Shown here: positions 18,737-28,749 of the stretch, piece by piece
Position numbering within the stretch: position 1 is the stretch's first letter
Layout of the letters: the number at the start of each line of letters is the position of its first letter
Virus record (IMG/VR): IMGVR_UViG_3300048919_000123
Location: 1 to 64,000 of that record
Length of the DNA stretch: 64,000 nucleotides
Source of the DNA: a virus
Reading direction: 5' to 3' (one strand)
The notes under the pieces: generated by a model
Databases searched by the model: none
What the model was told of the DNA's origin: nothing
The model's input: the letters and a program-made list of their open reading frames with translations, nothing else
Translations under genes and position numbers: made by a program

Positions 18737-21700
18737 TTAGGTTCTAGATCTCAGCCAGTTATCCAGCAGACCCTGTGGTCTGATCTGCTCTTGCAGGGTC
18801 GTCAGTACCATGGATTTTGTCACCTGCGCGATTTGCTGGCTGGCTTCTTTTCCATCGCCCGCCGATCCATCGGCGCTGATCTGAATCACCGGGGCCAAAG
18901 TGATCTGGTACACGTTCCCACCGCTGCCGCCTTGGTTCAGTTTAGACGCGCTGTTGCCGCGGCCGGTGACGTGAGCAGGGCCTGTGACCAGCTCGGGGCC
19001 GTATTCGCCCACGATACCGGTTCGGTTATAAGGGATGAAGCCGCCGGTGTCGTACATCGTGGTGCCGCTGCCGCTACTGCTCGACTTGCCGCCGCTGGCA
19101 ACTTCGCCGATGGCCAGTGCAGCCACCAAGCCGGCGTTGGCGTAACCGGTGGCGCGGATGAACGTGGCCAGCGGGATACCCACCACCATCGGGTTACCGG
19201 ACAGGGCCATGGCCTGTGCAGCAGCCAGCTCGGTGTACATGATGATCTGTGCAATGGCGATCGCTTTCTGCGCGATGAACGCGGCCTTCTGGCCGGCCGT
19301 GGCGTCTTCGGCGGCGCTGGCGAACGTGCCGAGGATGTTGGACAGCGACCCCATGGCCGACATCATCGCCATGGTCGCCATCTGCTCGGTGTACTTCGCC
19401 TGGCTTGCGGCGACCGCAGCCTGCTGCTCGCCGGCCGTGCGCTCGATGGCAGATTTCTGATCCTGGTAGGTCTGCTCGATCCGCAACATCTCAGCAGCGT
19501 GCGCTTCGGCGGCCAGCTTCTTGGCGTTCAGCTGCTCCATCTGCACGTCGCGCTCGCGCTGGTTGGCCGCCTGCTGGATCTCGAGGCTGGTCTCCAGTTC
19601 CTTCTGACGCTTGTCGAACTCGCCCAGGCCCTTGGCGCGCTCCACTTCCGTGGACACCCAGTCGGTGAATGGGGAACTGGACGCATCACCAACTTGCAGG
19701 TTGGCTTCAGGCAGACCGGAAGTGGCCTGATCCAGTTGCTTGGTGCGGATCTGGCTGTAGATCCGGTTGAACTCCTGCAGGCTTACCGTGCCTTCGTTCA
19801 GGCCCTTCTGCAGGACAGCCAGATCATTGGCAGCCACGCCGAACGGCGACTGGGCGTAGGAGTCGCGCAGTTTATCCAGTGCAGCTGCCTCCTTGTCCAG
19901 CGCTAGTATGGCCTTGTAGTGGGTCAGGTTCAGCTCGCCGAGGGCTTTGTTTTCCTGATCCATGGTGATGGTGCCGGCCGCGCGCAGGCGCTGCATCGCG
20001 GCGGTGCCTTTCTGCAGTTCCAGCTGGGCAGCGCTCGCCTCGTCGAACTTCTTGGCCAGCGCCGTGTAGGTGCGCAGATCCTCTGCAGCCTGTCGATCAT
20101 CCGTGCGGGTGGCTTTCGCGCCGGCCTTGTCAGACTTGGTCTCCAAGCCCTTGATCTGACCCAGTACCTTCGCCTGTTCCTTGTACAGCTCGGTCACGGT
20201 TTTGACGTCCATGGCCTTGCCGTCGCCCGGGTTCTCGGCGGCTTTGATCTTCGCAGCGATGTCCGCAGCCTGCTTCTGGTATGCGGCCATGTTCTCGGTG
20301 TCGCTGCGGGTTACCGCGGCGGCTGCCTGGCGTGCTTCGACGAGTTTGTTCTCCTCGTCGGTGACCTTCTCCTGAATCTTGGCGCGCTCGGCCTCCAGCT
20401 TGGCGATCCGGTTCACCGAGACTTCTGCCAGCTGCAGGCCCGGGCGCATGTCGGTGTTGCCCGCCGCGATTGCTGCCTCATCCTGCTTGATGAGTTTGGC
20501 CTGCGCAGCTTTGGCTTCGGTGATCTGGTTCTCGATGTCCAGCAATTGCTGGGCGTTCGAGGTCACGTCCTTGTAGACCTTGGCGTCCGCCTCTTTCTTG
20601 GCGTCAGCTTCCAGGCTACTGATCGTCTCGGAGAACGGACGGACATTGCTCTGGGTGCGCAGGAGCTGGCCAGTGCCGAGTTCGACCTGCCGCTGGGCAA
20701 GCGCCTTCTCCTGCTCCAGGCGGCCGACGTCCTGCGCCAGCTTCAGGTTGCTGAAGCCGATGCCGCTGCGGCTCTGGCTCTGTTCCAGTTTGGCCTGGGC
20801 CAGGGTCAGGTCGTTGGTCAACCCGATCAGCTTCTGGATTCGGCGAGCCTGGTAATCGGCCTCGGTCGAGTAATCGTTGGTGGTGGTGCCGAGCTTGGCC
20901 AGCGACTCCTCGGAATCCTTGACCTTCTGGTCATAGGTGCCGACCAGCGAGCGCAAGCTCTCCAGCCGCTTGGTCAGCGGCGCGAGGTTCTCTTCCGATA
21001 CCCCGGCGCCGCGCGCGTTGTTGATCAGCGTGACCTGGCTGGCGATCTGCGAGGACAGATCGGTCGAGCCCTGCTTATCGGCCTTGATCTGCTCTTTCAG
21101 GGCAGCCCGCTGACGCGCCAGCCCGGTCTCCTCGATGGACTGCTTGAGCTGGTCGTAACTGCTCTTGACGTCGTCCACCGAGTCCCGGTGCTTGATCACT
21201 TCCTCATCGGTGTTGGTGCTGAAGACCTCCCAGATCGCCGAGCCGATGCCGTAGATCAGACCCACCCAGCCGAGCGCGCGCATCACCAGCCCGGCAGCGG
21301 CGGCGAACCGCGCCAGCCCTGCGGCGGCGGTGGCCGAGGCAGCGGTCATCGAACCCATGACGCCCACCGACCGGCCGAGGGTGGCGTTGAACATTTCGGT
21401 GTTGGTGCGCGCCACACTGGTGGCCATGCCCATGATCTGGTAGTTCGCCGAGGCACCCTTCAACCGGTCAGCGACCAGGGTCAGCCTCTCGGCCGCGCCC
21501 TTCGCATCGGCGGAGAACGCCGCGAACACCGTGCCGCTGGCGAACTTGTAGGCGACGATACCGGCGACCACACGGGCAAAGGCTTCTGCCGTGGTCTGCG
21601 CCTGCACCAGCAACCGATCAAGGCCGGTGATGTCGGTGCCTTCCTTGTACGGCTCCATCATGTCGAGGACGTATTTGGACATGCGCGCGGTGGCTTCACG

Positions 21701-23890
21701 CAGCTTGCCGTCTAGCGAGCTGAACGCCTGCAGCTGGACTTCCTCAAGGCTCGACAGGAATTCCTTCCAGTCGAACTTCAGGTTGTCGGAGATGATCTTC
21801 TCCATCCGGTCACCGGCACCGGCGACATTCTGGTTCTGCTCAGCGAACTGGTTGTACTGGCTGGCGTTGTCGACCAGACCGGTTACCGCAGACGAAGCGT
21901 AGACGCCCACCAGGTTGGTGATTGCCGCCAGACGCTCAGGGCCTGGCAGGTCTTTGAAGGCGTTGCTCATCTGGTTGATGATGTTGGTCAGCGAGCGGGT
22001 ATTGCCTTCCGCGTCGAGGATATCCAGGCCGTACTTGCTGATGACCTCCGAACCCTTTTTGGTTGGGTTCAGCAGGCTGGTGAACATCCGGCGCAGCGCC
22101 GAGCCCGAGCGGGAGCCCTTGATGCCGGAGTTGGCCATGGTCTCAATGGCCGCGGTGGTGTCCTGAATCGAGAAGCCGGCGGTCTTCGCCGCCGGGCCGG
22201 CGTAACTCAGCGAGTTGGCCAGCTGCTCAATGTCGGCGTTGGAGTTGTTGACCGCAGTCGCCATCAGGTCGACGACACTCTGCAGCTCCTTGGCCTGCAT
22301 GCCGAACGTCATGAGCACGTTGGTCGAGATGTCCGCCGAGCGCGCCATCGACACGTTCGCGAGGTTGGCCAGCTGCAGGGACGGCTTCAGCGCCACCAGC
22401 GCCTGGTTGGCAGACAGGCCAGCCATACCCAGTTGCTGCAGGCCTTCGCCAACTTCCGACGCGGTGAACACCGTGGTCTGACCCAGCGCCCTGACCTGCA
22501 TCTCCAGCGCGCGCGACTGCATCTCGGCGTTGGTCAGCCAGTTGGCGCTGCTGTCGCCGGTGGACATCACGGCGCGGGTGCGGGCCATGGTCGCGTAGAA
22601 CTCGGCGCCGGTCACCACGGAGTCGCGCATCGCAGCCGCGATCCCGTAGGTTGCCGTGGCAGCCAGTACCGTGGCACTGGTGTACATGCCGACGCTGGCG
22701 TGCAGCCCGGTCAGGCCAGCGCGCAACATGGCGGCCGATTGACTGCCCAGCTCCTGCGAGATGTTGACCTTGGACTGCGCGGCGCCGAAGCCCAGCAGGC
22801 TGGTGGTGGACATCGCCAGCAGCTTGTTGTGGCGCTCCTGCTCCGCGATCTGCGTCTTCAGCGCGGTGACGCGCTGGCCGTGAGCAGTTGACGACAGTTG
22901 AGCCTGCGCCTGCAGCCTGACGAGCTGAGCTTCTTCACGCTTGAGCGCAGCGGTCATCTCGTCGACGACTTTTTTCTCGACGGTGGCTTCGGTGATCGCC
23001 CGCTTGCGCGCGGAGATCTGCGCCTGAACCTTGGCGATTTCTTCCTGGCGTCCGCCGCTCAGGCTGGTCAGGGTCTGCCGCAGCTTCTGCAGCTGTAGAT
23101 CCTCCCGGCTGGCCTCAGTAATCTCGGCCTTGCGCGCGGCGATCAGTTGCTGAACCTTGGTGATCTCTTCCTGCTGTCCGCCGGTGAGACCAGCCAGCGT
23201 CTTCTGCAGGGTGCGCAGCTGCGTGTCGAGCCGGAACTCTTCGGTGATCTGGCTGCGACGGTGGGCGATGTACGCCTCCGTCATCACGTTGGCCTTGCCC
23301 TGCTCGTTGGACATGCTGGCCAGGGTCAGCACCAGCTTGTCACCGGTGATGCGCAAGCGCTGGTCTACCGTGGCCAGGTTCTGTTTGTGAGCGAGGTTGG
23401 CTTTGAGGTTGGCGTTGGTCTTGCCGACCTCAGTGTCGGTGGCAGCGATCGCAGCGCGCAGGTAGCCGTTCTCGGCCGTCAGCTTATTGGTCAGCTGCAG
23501 GGTCTTCTGCTGCCAGGCGTTGTAGGTGTTCTTGCTGGCGGTGTCGTTCAGCAGACGCCCCAGCTCGGCCAGCTCACCGTTGTACGCTTTGGCTTGCACG
23601 GTGGCTTTGAGGTTATTGGCTGCAAGCCCGGACATCATCAGGTTGACGTTGTCCCGCACGGTCTGCATGGTTTTGCCGAGCTTCTCGGCATCGGCACCCG
23701 CATCGACCAGAATTTTTTCCAGCTTGTCGTACTCGGCATTCATCGAGGACAACAACTTGGTGGAAGCCGAAGTGGATTTTCCGGACTTGGCTTCAAGGGC
23801 GTCGAGCGACTTACCCATGTTCGCCAGGCGGATCTGGAACTGCGCCAGCTGGCTCAGTGATTCGGAGAAATCCACTTCAAACTGAGCCAT
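18737..23890 (-). CDS. tape measure protein
   Basis: 1717 aa, Ala-rich helical, TP901-like core (GIKGSRSGSALR). Confidence 0.95.
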   Translation of the reverse strand: MAQFEVDFSESLSQLAQFQIRLANMGKSLDALEAKSGKSTSASTKLLSSMNAEYDKLEKILVDAGADAEKLGKTMQTVRDNVNLMMSGLAANNLKATVQAKAYNGELAELGRLLNDTASKNTYNAWQQKTLQLTNKLTAENGYLRAAIAATDTEVGKTNANLKANLAHKQNLATVDQRLRITGDKLVLTLASMSNEQGKANVMTEAYIAHRRSQITEEFRLDTQLRTLQKTLAGLTGGQQEEITKVQQLIAARKAEITEASREDLQLQKLRQTLTSLSGGRQEEIAKVQAQISARKRAITEATVEKKVVDEMTAALKREEAQLVRLQAQAQLSSTAHGQRVTALKTQIAEQERHNKLLAMSTTSLLGFGAAQSKVNISQELGSQSAAMLRAGLTGLHASVGMYTSATVLAATATYGIAAAMRDSVVTGAEFYATMARTRAVMSTGDSSANWLTNAEMQSRALEMQVRALGQTTVFTASEVGEGLQQLGMAGLSANQALVALKPSLQLANLANVSMARSADISTNVLMTFGMQAKELQSVVDLMATAVNNSNADIEQLANSLSYAGPAAKTAGFSIQDTTAAIETMANSGIKGSRSGSALRRMFTSLLNPTKKGSEVISKYGLDILDAEGNTRSLTNIINQMSNAFKDLPGPERLAAITNLVGVYASSAVTGLVDNASQYNQFAEQNQNVAGAGDRMEKIISDNLKFDWKEFLSSLEEVQLQAFSSLDGKLREATARMSKYVLDMMEPYKEGTDITGLDRLLVQAQTTAEAFARVVAGIVAYKFASGTVFAAFSADAKGAAERLTLVADRLKGASANYQIMGMATSVARTNTEMFNATLGRSVGVMGSMTAASATAAAGLARFAAAAGLVMRALGWVGLIYGIGSAIWEVFSTNTDEEVIKHRDSVDDVKSSYDQLKQSIEETGLARQRAALKEQIKADKQGSTDLSSQIASQVTLINNARGAGVSEENLAPLTKRLESLRSLVGTYDQKVKDSEESLAKLGTTTNDYSTEADYQARRIQKLIGLTNDLTLAQAKLEQSQSRSGIGFSNLKLAQDVGRLEQEKALAQRQVELGTGQLLRTQSNVRPFSETISSLEADAKKEADAKVYKDVTSNAQQLLDIENQITEAKAAQAKLIKQDEAAIAAGNTDMRPGLQLAEVSVNRIAKLEAERAKIQEKVTDEENKLVEARQAAAAVTRSDTENMAAYQKQAADIAAKIKAAENPGDGKAMDVKTVTELYKEQAKVLGQIKGLETKSDKAGAKATRTDDRQAAEDLRTYTALAKKFDEASAAQLELQKGTAAMQRLRAAGTITMDQENKALGELNLTHYKAILALDKEAAALDKLRDSYAQSPFGVAANDLAVLQKGLNEGTVSLQEFNRIYSQIRTKQLDQATSGLPEANLQVGDASSSPFTDWVSTEVERAKGLGEFDKRQKELETSLEIQQAANQRERDVQMEQLNAKKLAAEAHAAEMLRIEQTYQDQKSAIERTAGEQQAAVAASQAKYTEQMATMAMMSAMGSLSNILGTFASAAEDATAGQKAAFIAQKAIAIAQIIMYTELAAAQAMALSGNPMVVGIPLATFIRATGYANAGLVAALAIGEVASGGKSSSSGSGTTMYDTGGFIPYNRTGIVGEYGPELVTGPAHVTGRGNSASKLNQGGSGGNVYQITLAPVIQISADGSAGDGKEASQQIAQVTKSMVLTTLQEQIRPQGLLDNWLRSRT

Positions 23891-24274
23891 TTATTTCTTC
23901 CTTGGGCGGGGCTTCCGTTTCGTATCTTCCAGGGCTTTACGATCAGCCTCGGACTTCGTGAACTGATCATACAGGATGGCGTTGTCTGTTTCCTCCATTG
24001 TCAAGTAAAACAAGTCCAGCTGGGAGGGATGAAGGCGCAGCACCCTTTCGGCGAAGTCGGCCATTTCCTGATAATTCAGCGGCTGCATTCCATGCTCGCC
24101 GAACTGCCGCCTGCGGTGCAGACGGAAGAAGGACTCTGGCAGCCACCGGTGTATGGGGAGAGGTTCTTTGTACTCGGCAAGCTTGGGGTGAGCCTTGCCG
24201 AATCGCTTCTCCAGCGCCTTGAAGGCGCGGATACCCTTCTCCCCGTACTGAATCAGGAAACGGCAGAATCCTTT
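23891..24274 (-). CDS. tail assembly chaperone GT extension (-1 frameshift frame)
   Basis: Open -1 frame from the slippery site through MQPLNYQEM... to the stop at 23891, adjacent to the tape measure start. Confidence 0.75.
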   Translation of the reverse strand, partial: KGFCRFLIQYGEKGIRAFKALEKRFGKAHPKLAEYKEPLPIHRWLPESFFRLHRRRQFGEHGMQPLNYQEMADFAERVLRLHPSQLDLFYLTMEETDNAILYDQFTKSEADRKALEDTKRKPRPRKK

Positions 24275-24693
24275 ACCGTCGTGGCCACTTCGTGGTCAGC
24301 CGAAGCCAGGTAGTAATAGTGGTTGTTGCTGTAGTTTTCCAGCCAGGCAGCAAGTTCGGCATACAGCGGATTGAGCAGCAGCTTGGTGCCGATCTCAGGG
24401 GTGTAGGCGATCTCCCCTTGGCCTTTCTCACCGACGTTGCGCCAGTTCAGCAGAATGTGCTCGCAGAACGCGATGGTGTGGATTTCCTGCATCTTGGCCA
24501 CGCCTTCCACGGTGATCAGACCGTGGTCGTCCTTGGCATCGATTACTTCTTTGTTCTGGGTGTAGAGCTCGCCCAGGCGGGCTTGGAACGCAGGGCCTTT
24601 ACGGGCCAGCAGAAATTCGCCGCCCATGTAGTTCGCCCAGACGCCGCCTTGAGCAAGTTTTGGGTCGACTGCGATAGAAGAGAGAATGAGCAT
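24253..24693 (-). CDS. tail assembly chaperone G-like
   Basis: Lies between tail tube and tape measure; ends with slippery G GTA AAG. Confidence 0.85.
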   Translation of the reverse strand: MLILSSIAVDPKLAQGGVWANYMGGEFLLARKGPAFQARLGELYTQNKEVIDAKDDHGLITVEGVAKMQEIHTIAFCEHILLNWRNVGEKGQGEIAYTPEIGTKLLLNPLYAELAAWLENYSNNHYYYLASADHEVATTVKDSAVS

Positions 24694-24775
24694 TTGGGTC
24701 GTCCTTGGGTGGAATGTTCGGTAACTAGCGGCGTTACTCTAGCAAGAGCAACGCCGCAAGTCACGACCCAAGGTC

Positions 24776-25825
24776 TTACGGGGTTGGGAGGTAGGTGATC
24801 GCCAGAACGCAAGGAACGTCGACGTTGGTGCCGATAGTGACCTTGCCAGCTTCCGCCACCAGAGTCATGGCCGACTTGTAGTCAGCGTTCTCGCCTTCGG
24901 CGTTGTTGGTCGGGGCCTGCGCCATCAGGTTCGGCATCTGGATGGTGAAGGTGCCTTCAACCGTCGAGATGGTGGCCTTCAGGCTCACACGCTTGTTGGT
25001 CATGTGAGTGTCGAGCACGGTCTGGTCGTAGTAGTAGATCTCGCCAGAGAACTGCACAGCGACCTTGCCCACGCCGATACCGGCCGCGAACTCGTGACCC
25101 AGACCGGACTGCTCACGGACGTTGTTCTGGATCTGCAGCGAGGCATCGCTCCAGGTAACTTCCAGCAGGTCGTCGTCAGCGTTGCGGATCTCGATGTTGG
25201 CCAGGTTGTTCGAGCTGTCAGCGATCTCGTAGTTGGCCGGAACCGCTTTCGAGATGGCCACCGAGCCACCCAGGCCATCAACACCGGCAATCGCGTTGCC
25301 GTAGTCGGCGTTGGCCGACATGGTGTTCGATTCCATGGTGATCAGCTCGCCGTCACCGAACTGGATGGTGGCGTCGTTGATCAGGGTGCCGAAGTACCAC
25401 TCATGGTCGAGGCGATCGGTAGACGCGGTGCCCTGGCGGACAGTCTTCTCGATCACCATGTACTGCTTCAGCTCACCGTCGGTGATGAACTTGCCGAGCA
25501 GTGGATCGGTGTTGTCGACGTCCTTCCAGGTGTTCATCATCGCGACCTGCAGCAGGTCGAGGATCCAGTTGGTCGCGCCGAACTCGACAGTGATCGCACC
25601 GTTGGCGCTGCCCTTGGTGTTCTTCGAGCCGGAAGTGCGACGGTCACCGCGAATCGCAGTCGAGCTTTTCGGCTCTTTCTGCATCGCGAAACCTTCGGTT
25701 GTGAACGGGAGCAACTTCATCGGCACCCGGGAGGCGCCAACGAAATCAGATTTGCTGTCCAGGTTGCTGAGGGCATATGCCACCGACACCGAGGAACTAT
25801 CGTTAAAACTCCGAACTTGTGGCAT
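24776..25825 (-). CDS. major tail (tube) protein
   Basis: ~350 aa, beta-rich, upstream of the chaperone; AAGGAG RBS. Confidence 0.85.
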   Translation of the reverse strand: MPQVRSFNDSSSVSVAYALSNLDSKSDFVGASRVPMKLLPFTTEGFAMQKEPKSSTAIRGDRRTSGSKNTKGSANGAITVEFGATNWILDLLQVAMMNTWKDVDNTDPLLGKFITDGELKQYMVIEKTVRQGTASTDRLDHEWYFGTLINDATIQFGDGELITMESNTMSANADYGNAIAGVDGLGGSVAISKAVPANYEIADSSNNLANIEIRNADDDLLEVTWSDASLQIQNNVREQSGLGHEFAAGIGVGKVAVQFSGEIYYYDQTVLDTHMTNKRVSLKATISTVEGTFTIQMPNLMAQAPTNNAEGENADYKSAMTLVAEAGKVTIGTNVDVPCVLAITYLPTP

Positions 25826-25830
25826 AGCCG

Positions 25831-26283
25831 TCAACTCCTTTGGACGTAAATTTCGAACTCAATGTTGATCACCCCACCATAGGCGGTGAATCCATGCAAC
25901 GGCACCGGATCGGTAGGGGTGAACGTTCGGAATCGGATTCCGTTGACCGTCGCGTCCTGAAACCAATCGGCTACAGCCTCCACCTTGCGCCCGTACTTTA
26001 CCTTGTCCCGCGGGGATTTGGTAAACAGCGAGATGTCCAGACTGCCTGTGACCCTACGCGGCGCCACCTGTGTCGGGCCGGCGCGGCGCGTGCGGTCAAT
26101 GTCCAGCTCGAACAGCCAGAAGTCTTCGTTCTGTTCCAGCAGCACACCTGCGTCGTTAACGCTGACGTCCAGCCCTTCGACAAAGTCGTAACCGAACAGC
26201 ATGTCCGGAGTGACCTTGGTCAGCAGGTAGTCCCTCACCCGGACATCAAGATCGGTCAGCGATGACAGCATAAAGTCGCTCAT
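25831..26283 (-). CDS. tail terminator-like protein
   Basis: 150 aa, synteny immediately upstream of the tube gene. Confidence 0.6.
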   Translation of the reverse strand: MSDFMLSSLTDLDVRVRDYLLTKVTPDMLFGYDFVEGLDVSVNDAGVLLEQNEDFWLFELDIDRTRRAGPTQVAPRRVTGSLDISLFTKSPRDKVKYGRKVEAVADWFQDATVNGIRFRTFTPTDPVPLHGFTAYGGVINIEFEIYVQRS

Positions 26284-26789
26284 CGGTAGCTCTTCCTTAC
26301 CTGGCCTGCGGTAATCCTGTTTTGAAAGATTCGCCGAACCTCTTCCACCGCGGCTTTACCTGCCTCCTCGATGTTGGCGTTCTCGCCGTACTCGCTACCC
26401 GGGTCGATGGCGTTGAAGAAGTAGAAGACCGTCTCTGGAGTTCGGCCAGCCACCAACTTTTCCACCACCTCTCGCAATTCCTTGTCCCGCACAAACCGCT
26501 CGGTCAGCCTGGCATTCTTGCCCGCGTCACGGCGCCGACCTACCGGCGGCACACCCGGCCGGGTCGAGGTTTCCCTCAGATCCCGCAGTGTGCCGTAGCG
26601 CCGTGACGCCGGCCGGCTTCTGCCCTTTGCCGCCACCTGCCAGTGCACCGCGGCGTTGGAGGAGTCATGCTTGGTCACCTGCAGCGCCATCACCAGACCC
26701 GCCATAACCGCCTGGCGTATGGCCCGGCTGAACAGCGCACCCAGATCAACACTGAGTTCGTCCGCCTGCTTGGCGAACTTGCCCATCAC
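26280..26789 (-). CDS. neck / tail completion protein
   Basis: Basic 169-aa protein (TKHDSSNAAVHW) in the neck position. Confidence 0.55.
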   Translation of the reverse strand: MMGKFAKQADELSVDLGALFSRAIRQAVMAGLVMALQVTKHDSSNAAVHWQVAAKGRSRPASRRYGTLRDLRETSTRPGVPPVGRRRDAGKNARLTERFVRDKELREVVEKLVAGRTPETVFYFFNAIDPGSEYGENANIEEAGKAAVEEVRRIFQNRITAGQVRKSYR

Positions 26790-27697
26790 GCCACCCTCAG
26801 GGTGTACTGCCGTGTGCCTGATTGCGTGGCCACCGATTTCACCTGACGCTTCAACCCGTTCAGCTCCAGCCAGACGTCCTTACCGGTGATGTCAATGCCG
26901 AAGGGCAGGTGCTCTGCCTCGAAATACACAGTCCGGTACGACTGAGTGTCCGTGGCCCAGAGGGCAGCGTCGGTCGACTTCTCCATGACCCCTGTGACGT
27001 TGTAGCTGACCTCACCGCCTTCCCATTGGTGCGTGGTGTTGTTCATCGTCCGCTTGCTGCCGACGTGCAACACGAAGTCGCTGCGATAGTCGCCCTCGTG
27101 GTCAATACGCAGGGCAAAGAATCCGGAGTCGGCGAACGTATCCAGCACGCGGTACTTCACGTTGTGCAGGGTGATGAAGTCCCATTCTTGCGGCTGCACA
27201 TTCAACGGCAGGTAGGCGTTGTAGCGCTCGATCCGCAGATCCGTGGTCTCGACTTCGTCGGTGCTGCTGAGGAACTCAGTGTCGATGTAGCTTTTGGCAA
27301 AGACCGTGTCGACCAGCCAGCCAGGATTCTCCGGCGGGCCCTGCACGACCTTGCGAGTAATTGTGGCCAGCCCAGAGCTTCCACCGGGCAGATCCGTTAC
27401 CAGTTGCAGGATGGTCAGGCCAAGGTATTCCTTGCCGTGCCTAGCGTCCTTTCGGGTGGTGCCGAGGATGTAGACGTCGTGCGTGCCCGGGTGCCGAAAC
27501 GTCAGGCTCTCCGGGAACACCACGTTGCTGTCGGTGAACAACATCCGACGGCGAGTTGGTTTGTTGAAGTTGCTGAGGAAGCGATCGGTCAAATCGATAC
27601 GGCCAACGAACGAATCCGGCACCCAGGTCTCCGTCAGCGGATCCCAGGCTTCCATTTTCTCGTCGGCGTATTTCAGCGCGATCTTCTTCAGCTTCAT
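26786..27697 (-). CDS. head closure / virion structural protein
   Basis: 303 aa, synteny within the neck block. Confidence 0.55.
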   Translation of the reverse strand: MKLKKIALKYADEKMEAWDPLTETWVPDSFVGRIDLTDRFLSNFNKPTRRRMLFTDSNVVFPESLTFRHPGTHDVYILGTTRKDARHGKEYLGLTILQLVTDLPGGSSGLATITRKVVQGPPENPGWLVDTVFAKSYIDTEFLSSTDEVETTDLRIERYNAYLPLNVQPQEWDFITLHNVKYRVLDTFADSGFFALRIDHEGDYRSDFVLHVGSKRTMNNTTHQWEGGEVSYNVTGVMEKSTDAALWATDTQSYRTVYFEAEHLPFGIDITGKDVWLELNGLKRQVKSVATQSGTRQYTLRVA

Positions 27698-28182
27698 TGC
27701 GTGGCCGCCGCTCTTGGTGTGGTGATCGGATCACGGTCAGGGATCACACGCGCGATAACGGTGAACGGCATGACGGTTTCCGGCACCAGCTTCAGGTCTT
27801 CCAGCAGGTCTGAGAGGTGGCCGTCTGCCGTTTCCAGCAGACGGTCTGACATCCACAGCCAGCCATCCTTGTCGCTGCGCTGCCCCTCGTTGGAGCCGTC
27901 GGTGTCCTTCTTGAGGATGAACACCTGAGCCATCCTGGCCACGACCCCAGCACAGAAATACTTCGCCATAAGCTTGAGCTTGCGCTTACGGGCCGCCGTG
28001 AAATCCGTCCCTGTTTCATCGGCGATACCTGCCCACACATCCGGCAGAGCCTTGTCCAGCGCAGCGCCGAGGTCGTCATCCAACCCCTGCGCTTCGAGCT
28101 TTTCAGCGTCGATGTCCGTGTCATCCACGGTCAGCACCGCAAGGATCTGCGCGGTGGTGGTCAGGCCGAAGTAGTCAGGCAT
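27694..28182 (-). CDS. head-tail adaptor
   Basis: Helical 162-aa protein after the capsid block. Confidence 0.55.
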   Translation of the reverse strand: MPDYFGLTTTAQILAVLTVDDTDIDAEKLEAQGLDDDLGAALDKALPDVWAGIADETGTDFTAARKRKLKLMAKYFCAGVVARMAQVFILKKDTDGSNEGQRSDKDGWLWMSDRLLETADGHLSDLLEDLKLVPETVMPFTVIARVIPDRDPITTPRAAATQ

Positions 28183-28183
28183 G

Positions 28184-28684
28184 TCAGTCTTCCTTCACTT
28201 CACGCAGCAAACGGGCCTTGATCTGATTCTGCAGCCAGCCGTCGTCCTGCAGGTGCTCGGTCTGGCCGGCGTAGATCCACTTACCCGACGAGGCTTGACG
28301 CATGTCGGAGTGGGTAAGGTTTTCCACCAGAACCAGTTCCAGACGGCGAGGTTTCTTGCCTTCGGCAGTAGCCACAGCATTTTCCTGCGCCACACGCTCA
28401 AGATCGGAAGCAGCACGCTTGTCGGCCTCTTCCTTCTCGGCAGCCAGGCGCAACGCTTCCTTCTCGTCGCGCTCTTTCTGGGCCTGGTCGGCTTCCGCTT
28501 TGGCATCCGCCTCGGCTTTTGCTACACGTTCGGACTCAGCTTTGGCAGCTTCTTCCTCGCGGGCTTTCTGATCGCGAGCTTCCTGCTCTTTACGATCTTC
28601 TTCAGCCTTGGCATCGGCAACGCGCTGAGCTTCCAGCTCTTCAGCGGTAGGTTCTTTTTCGGTATCGGCTTTTTTCAGTGCCAT
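28184..28684 (-). CDS. hypothetical protein, E/K/A-rich coiled coil
   Basis: 166-aa ORF with GGAG RBS, directly after the capsid terminator. Confidence 0.75.
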   Translation of the reverse strand: MALKKADTEKEPTAEELEAQRVADAKAEEDRKEQEARDQKAREEEAAKAESERVAKAEADAKAEADQAQKERDEKEALRLAAEKEEADKRAASDLERVAQENAVATAEGKKPRRLELVLVENLTHSDMRQASSGKWIYAGQTEHLQDDGWLQNQIKARLLREVKED

Positions 28685-28715
28685 GATCCATGATCTCCAG
28701 CTATGTCCAAATGGA

Positions 28716-28741
28716 TGAAAGGCCGCCGAAGCGGCCTTTCA
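28716..28741 (-). terminator. terminator after the major capsid gene
   Basis: TGAAAGGCCGC-TTCG-GCGGCCTTTCA hairpin on the - strand. Confidence 0.75.
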
Positions 28742-28749
28742 GTTGATGC

